DNA of 64,000 nucleotides from Candidatus Omnitrophota bacterium (GTDB lineage Bacteria; Omnitrophota; Omnitrophia; Omnitrophales; JACROU01): NCBI GenBank assembly GCA_016214265.1, contig JACROU010000024.1, positions 5,223 to 69,222 of the forward strand, read 5' to 3'. Shown piece by piece: positions 57,566 to 64,000 of this stretch (position 1 is its first letter; each line of letters starts with the position of its first letter). The notes under the pieces were generated by a model. It saw only the letters and a program-made list of their open reading frames with translations, ran no database searches and was not told where the DNA came from. The position numbers and the translations under genes were made by a program.

Positions 57566-57639
57566 TGCTCTTTAGGTCCTTCCGCTTTGCCTAGCTAACC
57601 CCCAGAGCAGGGATTCATACTTATATCTGACTCTAACTT

Positions 57640-57668
57640 AAATGTAACAGGTGACTTACAGTCTGTCA
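57640..57668 (-). promoter_or_regulatory. Candidate sigma70-type promoter for the giant gene D (TTGACA-N17-TACATT).
   Basis: On the minus strand, TTGACA is the complement of 57663..57668, the spacer is gactgtaagtcacctgt (17 nt), and TACATT is the complement of 57640..57645. This is about 75 bp upstream of the ATG at 57565. Confidence 0.4.
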
Positions 57669-57716
57669 AAAAACCGGATTTTACTAATTTATACATATAT
57701 ATAAGTTAGTTTGACA
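57662..57716. promoter_or_regulatory. Inverted repeat CTGTCAAA ... (39-nt AT-rich spacer) ... TTTGACAG overlapping the gene D -35 box.
   Basis: ctgtcaaa at 57662..57669 and tttgacag at 57709..57716 are exact reverse complements of each other. The left arm contains the -35 hexamer of the candidate gene D promoter. Confidence 0.4.
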
Positions 57717-57770
57717 GCACCGAAGAACACTACCGTTTCATCGTAACCGGTTCCGCAAAGGATTAGAATA

Positions 57771-60700
57771 TCATTCATCAAACCCCGAAATATGCTGTTG
57801 GGCCCTGTTCTTAGTTTTCATTTGCCGCTGCCACAATTCAAAAAGGGAAAGCCGGGCAGGCCTGCTTGAAGCCGACGAAGATAGCTTTTGCTCTTCCCCA
57901 CTTTTGTTTCCCATCCAGAAAGAGCTGGGCCTATCCGCTGGAATACTGCTAGATGATCCCGCACTCATCGCAGAACGAAAAGCAGAGACAACCTCCTGGG
58001 CCTTTTCCGTTGCCGGAGAATTAACGCGAACGAACTCCTGAACTTTTCCAATCACATCCCGCCAAGGACCTTGGGCGGACGACCGGTCCAGCGGCATCGC
58101 GTTGATATTGTCAGTAATCGCCTGAAGCGCTTTCACCACATCATCGCGGTTCGTGATATCAAAAATGCTGGCTCCGATTTGAATATTTTTGTTGCCGGCA
58201 TCCATCGTGATCAGCGGAGGCGGCTCCTGTCCCAGCGAAATGGAAATCTCTTTTCCCCGGAAATTTGGCGTCACCATCACTTTGATATTGCCGCCGGCGT
58301 CGTCTTTAATGTCAACACTCTCAAACGGTTTGCCGCCGAGCAATTCTTTTCGCAGCGCGAATCGATCCACGTATCCGGCATCGTTGGCGACCGATTTGCC
58401 CAATCGTTGAATCAGATTAAGCGCGAGCCGGCGTTCTTGACGATCCGTCGGAAGATTTCGGTCTGCTTCACCAGGGCCGATATTTTTTTGATCTTCGGCG
58501 GTGACACCCGGCACTTCTGATAATTGTTGTCCCTCGGTTCCAAATTCAATGCCGATATCACGCCGTGTCCGGTTAATCACTTCGACAACATCGGATGGAC
58601 TGACATGAAGTTTCGAGCCGTCTTCTAAAACAAGCGCAACATTTTTGGAGGACAAAAGCGCCTCCACTTCTTTTTCAATACCGGCGGCGTCCGTGTAACT
58701 TTTGTTTTCCGCTTTATAATCAGCGCGAATGGAAGAAATAATATTTTCAATATTATTGTAGTCTTCAAGCGAAATTTCGCTTTGATTGGCAAATTGAGTC
58801 TGGAAACTCTTTAACTGAGCGGAATATTTCTCGTCAATCGCCGTCGTGGTTGTAGCAGGCGGCACTGTTGTTGTCGTGGCGACAGTCTGATTGATTGTCG
58901 TTGTAATCGGCGCAGGTTCGACTCCTACTGCTGTTGGTGTCGTAGTTGGAGTGGGCGTTGGCAATTCTCCCGTTGGCGGAACAACAACCGAAGTTTGCTC
59001 CGGATTTTCTCCGCGCACCCACTGGCCAAACGCGGCCTCGTCAATCGCACCGTCCTTCAAAAATGCCTGGCCGTAATGAGACACCATATAAACCACAAGC
59101 CGCAAATCGCTTTCCAAAAACTGATCATCCGCTCCGGACGCCGCAAGATCGGCATCCGTAATACCCGCGGGCCAGTCCTCTCCGGCCGGTAAATTTTTCT
59201 GCGCTTCAGTAAGAATACTGATCAAACCCGTCGGATACACTTTCACTTCGGTTCCGGCAATGTCCATCACCACCACTTTCCGGGCCAGCAAATTGCTCAG
59301 CGCTTCGCTAACATCTTTCTGCGCGGCGGAACTGTCCGTATCCAGCGTATCCAGGAAATCCAAAACCTCCTGAAACTCCGCGAGAGAAACTTCTGCCTTA
59401 TCGGCAAAACGCGTTTCGAAAAGCGCGCGTTTAGCCTGCGCGACTTGGTCGGGATTTACGACAACGGCTGGCTCAGGCGTTGGGACAGCGACCGGAGGTT
59501 CAGCCGGTGGCGCAATCTGATTCGGATTTACAACAGCGGGCTCAGGTTCTCGCGTCACGCTCTCTTGCGGGGGCGCCGTTCTGAAAGAATCCGACGTCAT
59601 CGTCGTGTTCAAACTGACAGTGATCGAGGTAACTCCTCCATTTAAACGTTTTTCTACACTGTCTACATACATCTTGCTCCCATCTGACTTCGTAACCTCA
59701 TACGTGTTGCCGTAAATACCTTCCCCCGTTTTCGGGTCATTTGTCATCGTGCTAGTCATAAATGTTCCCGTGATATTCACGCTAGATCCTGCTGGCAAAC
59801 TCAATAACTCCGAAATCCTTTGATTCAACAATGCGGGTTGATAGCTCATCGGTATAGAATTAATTACTGCAGGCCTAGCTCCGGGTTCAGGGGCTGCCAC
59901 TGGCGCGGGCGCGGCGGGGGGCGTACTAACCTGCTTGACAAATCCCTGCGCCACCACGATTTGATCCGCCTCTGCTTGCGTCACGAGGCCACGCTTCACC
60001 ATCTCATTCAGATTCCCCATAAATTTGTCGGTCACTGCCTGATCGAATGCGGATCCTGTCGGCCCCTGTGAGCCGTAAATTTTTTTGATGTATCCGGCAA
60101 GATCGGACATGTATTGATCCCGTGCCGCCGCCGACTCAAACTTCACCGGGAATTGACCGCCGCTTGGATAGACAAATCCTGCCGAAACGGGGGCCACCGT
60201 CGTTGATACTAGTGCAGGTTCTGGCGTCGCGATTTGTTTTGGCGAGGCCCAGGTAAATGCAGAACTGGAAACGGTCACACTTTTCCCCTGCGGGGGTATA
60301 ACTCCTCCCGGAGAGAGCTTAACCAACATGCGCAATTCACTGCGCACGTCATAGTCATACGTTGTTTTAGTCGACAATTGAATGACCAATTTCGCTCCGG
60401 GGGCAATGTGAACCGGTGATCCCGTCTGAGGCGTTATCACAATCGGTTTATCAGAAAGCGGAATTTGATCATCGATGATGATCTGAAACTGATGCAATGC
60501 GCTATCTTTCGATGATGTTCCATCGGTATAAGTTCTGGTTATATCTTCCGAAAAAGTAAGATCGATGGGTGTCGAAGTCCCCTTGATATCTTTCGGCGCG
60601 CTGAAATAATAAACGATGGTTGAACTATAGGTTTGAGGACCAAAACTCGCTTTCTGCTCGTCCATCAGCCATTGTTTCCCATATGGCCCAAATGCCGAAA

Positions 60701-63410
60701 AAGATTTCGGGTCATTCCAGCCCAGAAATTCCAATTGATCTCCAGTTTGAGCGCTGATGTTTGAAAGCGTTTCCGGCGGCCAAACATCCGTTCGCAGAAG
60801 GGATAACGTTTTTAATATCTCAGCCCCGTCTGAGCGCGTCGACAAAATAGCGTTAAAAATCATCTCGAGATTGTTCCCATAACCTATTTGCAGGTCAGTT
60901 AGAGGAGAGAGAATGTTTCGGGAAGGTGAATTCAGACCTTGATTCAGCACTCCCGCCACGTCCTCGGCATTCATACTTCCCAGTCCTTTGATAAATTCAT
61001 TCACTGGAGGAAGCGGTTTTGTGTAATCCGTTGCCATGACCACCTTCCCCGTCTTCGCATCGCGCACGATTTGCTTTGATATTAAAAGTGAATATCCGCT
61101 TGCGTCCCTTTCGCCGGTGTAAAAGAGTTCGGTAGTCCGGCCATCGCTCACGAACTGCGTATACGTCAACACATCATCCGCTGTTTGAAATTTTCCGTCC
61201 GGTCCCGCCGTCATAGTCGTAACGCCGGGCGGCTCTTGTCTGACACCGTCGGTATAACTAAATGTGCGAACCGTTTGTCCCTCAACCAAATCATTTCCCA
61301 AAGCATCTTTTCCCCACGTGTAGGTTTGCGTCATATAAATCTTCCCGTCCGGTGAGGAATAATCTTTCTGGGCAATGCGCCCCGCAGAGTCCAACGTGGC
61401 AGTCTCGTAGTGACTTAAATTGCCGACGGCATCATAAATAGGCGTTTTCGTGACAACCGCCACTCGTTCTTCCCCCTCAAGTTTCATGCTAAATGCTATC
61501 AGATCCACGGCTCCGTCGCGGATGACGGCATCGCCGTAACGCTCGATCAAATGAAACACGAGCTTCCGACCTGTCTGGGCATCGTAAACAAGCGGCGTGC
61601 CCAAACTCGCAATGTCTTCGCGGGTAATGCCAGGCACATTGCTCAAAGAACGAAAATTCTTCAGCTCTCCATTGAGCATACCCATCAGTTTTGAGGGGTT
61701 CACGGCGACTTTATTGCCGCCGATAACTGTCGTCACATTTTTTCCGGCTATCAAGCTTTCGATATCCCCGACCATCGCCCAGTTTGTCATGACTCTTGCA
61801 TCGCCGAATTGAGGAGAGCGCGTCATGGCTTTTTCAATCATAATGCCGCCAAAATCTTTAATCCCGTAGATGGGCGCGCCAATTTCGTTGATGTATTCAG
61901 CCATTCTCGTTTGATAACTTTCCCGGGTTCGGGCAATCGAATAGGCATCGTTATAGGCTTGTTGGGCTCCAGGGCTTAATACAATGGCATCCAGCGCGGC
62001 CTGTAAATTTTGAGACAAAACCGCTGCCTGTGACCTGTAGTCGTCCTCCGCCGTCTGATACCGGGCATTGATGGTGGAAATAAATGCGGTCAGCTCTTCA
62101 TACTCTTCCATCGTAAGCTCTGTCCTTCCGGCAAAGCGATTTTGAATATCGCTGAGCTGGGGGGTTAGGTCCGCCGCCGCCGCGTCAAAAAGGTTCTGGT
62201 GCATCAGCCTTAAATCTGTATTGAATTGATTGATGGGAGCTTGTCTATCCCGCTCCCACTTCAGATATCCGGACATCAAAAGCGCGCGCGCTCGGTCGGC
62301 CAGGCCGTCGTATTGCGGATTGTTAAAATAGGCGGGCGGATTGGAGTAAAAGGCTTTAAATAGCATCACATCTTCTTCACTGACCGTTCCAGCCGCCCGA
62401 TTCATGTTGCCAAACTCAGTCGCTAGACTTGTCTGTAAATCGGTGATTAGTTTTCTGACCGCATCATAATCTTCCGCCGTCATCGGCGTTGTTCCATCCG
62501 CGATTTTATCCTCGATAGCTTTTAAACCGTCGGAGGCGGTTTGCACGGCTTGAACCATGCGGACTTCGGGCTCACTCGCCCAATGAACTTCTGTTGACAT
62601 CCATTCTTTTCCGCCGCTCATGAGCTCCACAATAATCTGAGCGCCTACCGGAACTTTCACGATATCTTTACTGCCGGGATAAACACGGATAGGATCCGTG
62701 GCCGGCGGCAGACTGGCGTCCACCGCGATCTGCAAATTCTTGACCTGCTGGGTGACGGTGGGATGTGCGTACGGATTTTCGCGCGTCGCGGTATTATTGG
62801 TTGTTGTGTTCAAAAAGGATAAGTTAAGCGGTTTGTCAGGATCTGTCGCGTTCACCGCTGTCAAATAATAATCTGTCTCACTGGCGTCCATCACAATAGG
62901 ATGGTCAGCGCCATCAACTCGCAAGACGTCTCCCACCTGAGATTGAATCACTTTTCCAATCCCAGTTGTCGTATCAATCGATTTGAGCTGCTCAAGTTTT
63001 TGCTCTGCAAGGCCACCCACTTGAGTTTGCAATTGAGCTTCTACTTCAGGAGCGCTGAGAGAGGAACTATCGGACATAAAATCCTGAGTCGAGCCAGCTA
63101 CTTGTTCCTGATAGGCTTGCGCAGGCGCATTGGCCGCTGCTTCTTGTCGACGCTGGGCTTCTTCTGGCGAAATAACTTGCCCGGATGCGGACGGCTGTGC
63201 CGCTTGATCCGGACTTAACTGTTGCTGGGCAGGTTGCGGCGGAGGGGCGCCTCCGTCCTGAGCGTAAAGAGGGATGACACAAACTTGCGTGAACACAAAG
63301 ACAAGAACCGTTAAAACTGAACAAAAGTTTTTAAAAATCGAGGCAAAAAAAATCCGTATCACCGGAAATTTCATAAGCGCCATCCTGGCTCGCAAATCAT
63401 TGGTCTTCAT
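57771..63410 (-). CDS. Large secreted protein (1879 aa). It has a signal peptide, a Gln/Pro-rich N-terminal linker that shares a motif with gene D, a YD-type repeat segment, Pro/Ala/Thr-rich linkers, and an internally triplicated module of about 130 aa.
   Basis: ORF from the track. MKTNDLRARMALMKFPVIRIFFASIFKNF CSVLTVLVFVFTQVCVIPLYAQ is probably a signal peptide, and the true start may be the internal MKFP, 12 codons downstream of the listed ATG at 63410. AAQPSASGQV (around 63170..63200) matches GQPSASGQV of gene D (57301..57326). YD-like: YETATLDSAGRIAQKDYSSPDGKIYMTQTYTWGKDALGN...TFSYTDG. Repeated module: VPGITREDIASLG...RKLVFHLIERYGDAVIRDGAVDLIAF, then PAGITDADLAASG...LRLVVYMVSHYGQAFLKDGAIDEAAF, then VPGVTAEDQKNIG...RRLALNLIQRLGKSVANDAGYVDRFAL. 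A TTGACA-N17-TAGGGT element lies about 60 bp upstream. Confidence 0.85.
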   Translation of the reverse strand: MKTNDLRARMALMKFPVIRIFFASIFKNFCSVLTVLVFVFTQVCVIPLYAQDGGAPPPQPAQQQLSPDQAAQPSASGQVISPEEAQRRQEAAANAPAQAYQEQVAGSTQDFMSDSSSLSAPEVEAQLQTQVGGLAEQKLEQLKSIDTTTGIGKVIQSQVGDVLRVDGADHPIVMDASETDYYLTAVNATDPDKPLNLSFLNTTTNNTATRENPYAHPTVTQQVKNLQIAVDASLPPATDPIRVYPGSKDIVKVPVGAQIIVELMSGGKEWMSTEVHWASEPEVRMVQAVQTASDGLKAIEDKIADGTTPMTAEDYDAVRKLITDLQTSLATEFGNMNRAAGTVSEEDVMLFKAFYSNPPAYFNNPQYDGLADRARALLMSGYLKWERDRQAPINQFNTDLRLMHQNLFDAAAADLTPQLSDIQNRFAGRTELTMEEYEELTAFISTINARYQTAEDDYRSQAAVLSQNLQAALDAIVLSPGAQQAYNDAYSIARTRESYQTRMAEYINEIGAPIYGIKDFGGIMIEKAMTRSPQFGDARVMTNWAMVGDIESLIAGKNVTTVIGGNKVAVNPSKLMGMLNGELKNFRSLSNVPGITREDIASLGTPLVYDAQTGRKLVFHLIERYGDAVIRDGAVDLIAFSMKLEGEERVAVVTKTPIYDAVGNLSHYETATLDSAGRIAQKDYSSPDGKIYMTQTYTWGKDALGNDLVEGQTVRTFSYTDGVRQEPPGVTTMTAGPDGKFQTADDVLTYTQFVSDGRTTELFYTGERDASGYSLLISKQIVRDAKTGKVVMATDYTKPLPPVNEFIKGLGSMNAEDVAGVLNQGLNSPSRNILSPLTDLQIGYGNNLEMIFNAILSTRSDGAEILKTLSLLRTDVWPPETLSNISAQTGDQLEFLGWNDPKSFSAFGPYGKQWLMDEQKASFGPQTYSSTIVYYFSAPKDIKGTSTPIDLTFSEDITRTYTDGTSSKDSALHQFQIIIDDQIPLSDKPIVITPQTGSPVHIAPGAKLVIQLSTKTTYDYDVRSELRMLVKLSPGGVIPPQGKSVTVSSSAFTWASPKQIATPEPALVSTTVAPVSAGFVYPSGGQFPVKFESAAARDQYMSDLAGYIKKIYGSQGPTGSAFDQAVTDKFMGNLNEMVKRGLVTQAEADQIVVAQGFVKQVSTPPAAPAPVAAPEPGARPAVINSIPMSYQPALLNQRISELLSLPAGSSVNITGTFMTSTMTNDPKTGEGIYGNTYEVTKSDGSKMYVDSVEKRLNGGVTSITVSLNTTMTSDSFRTAPPQESVTREPEPAVVNPNQIAPPAEPPVAVPTPEPAVVVNPDQVAQAKRALFETRFADKAEVSLAEFQEVLDFLDTLDTDSSAAQKDVSEALSNLLARKVVVMDIAGTEVKVYPTGLISILTEAQKNLPAGEDWPAGITDADLAASGADDQFLESDLRLVVYMVSHYGQAFLKDGAIDEAAFGQWVRGENPEQTSVVVPPTGELPTPTPTTTPTAVGVEPAPITTTINQTVATTTTVPPATTTTAIDEKYSAQLKSFQTQFANQSEISLEDYNNIENIISSIRADYKAENKSYTDAAGIEKEVEALLSSKNVALVLEDGSKLHVSPSDVVEVINRTRRDIGIEFGTEGQQLSEVPGVTAEDQKNIGPGEADRNLPTDRQERRLALNLIQRLGKSVANDAGYVDRFALRKELLGGKPFESVDIKDDAGGNIKVMVTPNFRGKEISISLGQEPPPLITMDAGNKNIQIGASIFDITNRDDVVKALQAITDNINAMPLDRSSAQGPWRDVIGKVQEFVRVNSPATEKAQEVVSAFRSAMSAGSSSSIPADRPSSFWMGNKSGEEQKLSSSASSRPARLSLFELWQRQMKTKNRAQQHISGFDE

Positions 63411-63472
63411 TGCTTCTGTCTCACTTTCCGCCTAGAAAACTCGAACAGAGCAACCTGACGTTCCCTGTACTT

Positions 63473-63501
63473 CAACCCTAACACGTGAAAATCTTTTGTC
63501 A
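63473..63501 (-). promoter_or_regulatory. Candidate promoter for gene E (TTGACA-N17-TAGGGT).
   Basis: On the minus strand, TTGACA is the complement of 63496..63501 and TAGGGT the complement of 63473..63478. It lies in the 97-bp gap between the gene F stop and the gene E start. Confidence 0.3.
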
Positions 63502-63507
63502 AAATTT

Positions 63508-64000
63508 CTAAGCCATGGTGGAAATCAGCTTTTTTGAGCGCTGTTTCAGGAAAATACTGTTCAGAAACGCCTGAAGAAAATATTCCGTGATGACAAACCG
63601 GTTGTTTTCCATGCGGACAAATCCGGATTTCTTCTCAGCCTCGGGATCCTGCGATAATCTGACGGCAAGCGCCATACGGAGCATATCCAAATATGTTTGA
63701 TCTTCCTTCGACGGCAATTTTAAATCCTGCCGGACAAGCGGCAATTCCGTACGGACTGGAACCTCAGCCAACACATCCGACACCACCTGATTGTCGGCCA
63801 GCCAGGTTACTTGATTGGACACGTTAAACTTCATGGACTTTTTCATCCAATTCAGGCTCCGGCGGCGCTGATCAAACGAAATCGATTTCCCCTGAAGCAA
63901 ACTCTCGAGAAAATCCTGTTCCGACGAATAGCCGGCTTTCGCAAGATTGATCGTGTAGACATTCTTTTCAAATTTCTCTGGCGTGATACTTCCTTTCCCG
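63508..64000 (-). CDS. Hypothetical protein, 5'-truncated by the window edge (>=160 aa visible).
   Basis: The track ORF 63508..63900 (130 aa) continues stop-free in the same minus frame from 63901 to 64000 (...GKGSITPEKFEKNVYTINLAKAGYSSEQDFLESLLQGKSISFDQ...). The listed Met is therefore probably internal. No recognisable motifs. Confidence 0.5.
   Translation of the reverse strand, partial: GKGSITPEKFEKNVYTINLAKAGYSSEQDFLESLLQGKSISFDQRRRSLNWMKKSMKFNVSNQVTWLADNQVVSDVLAEVPVRTELPLVRQDLKLPSKEDQTYLDMLRMALAVRLSQDPEAEKKSGFVRMENNRFVITEYFLQAFLNSIFLKQRSKKLISTMA

Noticed and set aside
13970-57565. Classical Rhs/teneurin polymorphic-toxin organisation (YD shell, then an RHS core with autoproteolytic DPxGL motif, then a short C-terminal toxin).
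   Set aside because: The YD repeats are in the N-terminal quarter, and about 10,000 aa of other modules follow. No obvious PxxxxDPxGL core motif was seen by eye. The protein is better described as a mosaic giant than as a standard Rhs toxin. An HMM search is still advisable.
13970-57565. RTX/MARTX-type T1SS substrate.
   Set aside because: There are no GGxGxDxUx nonapeptide Ca-binding repeats and no C-terminal secretion-signal character. Instead there is a clear N-terminal Sec-type signal or anchor. No T1SS genes are in the window.
57710-57715. A plus-strand TTGACA at 57710..57715 could be read as a divergent promoter.
   Set aside because: It is the right arm of the inverted repeat. A plus-strand transcript from here would run antisense into gene E. 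No credible plus-strand -10 or ORF follows.

Overview
The 64-kb window is fully occupied by six genes on the minus strand, transcribed right to left. They are: a partial gene F (63508..64000); gene E (57771..63410, 1879 aa); a single continuous 43.6-kb ORF, gene D (13970..57565, 14,531 aa); a 480-aa AAA+ ATPase, gene C (12216..13658); gene B (6176..12034, 1952 aa); and a 5'-complete gene A (about 5937..1) that runs off the left edge. This is why gene A is absent from the supplied ORF track, which lists no stop-less ORFs. Genes A, D and E all encode signal-peptide-bearing giant proteins with YD/RHS-type repeat regions and Gln/Pro-rich N-terminal linkers. D and E share a 'QPSASGQV' motif after the signal peptide. 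Gene D is a mosaic. It has an N-terminal signal anchor, a Lys/Glu-rich linker, two JAB/MPN-like HxH..S..D motifs, long YD-repeat blocks, coiled-coil and Ala-rich helical repeat arrays, and a Ser/Thr-rich beta-repeat array. It also has an about 340-aa Gly/Ala-rich hydrophobic segment, an embedded helicase-like P-loop module (PAGTGKT ... IYDEAD ... QLVKRDRG), and a C-terminal thermolysin-like 'AVHELTHAV' HExxH motif. Gene A carries a Tyr/Asn/Gly/Trp-rich low-complexity region followed by at least 13 tandem 64-aa Ig-like repeats of exactly 192 bp. Gene B has an N-terminal ChaN/Tiki/TraB-like motif pair and a twofold internal module duplication that includes an about 370-bp near-identical DNA repeat. 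Every gene is preceded by a TTGAC(A/T)-N16-17 -10 arrangement. Gene D is followed by a clear rho-independent terminator. The ATPase gene is bracketed by two copies of a roughly 60-bp terminator/promoter-like element and has a 32-bp perfect palindrome abutting its ribosome-binding site. There are no RNA genes, CRISPR arrays or obvious transposase genes. Everything here is read from the sequence. Domain calls are motif-level and need HMM or structure confirmation. The locus resembles the giant-gene islands reported in some uncultivated lineages, but that is inference only.
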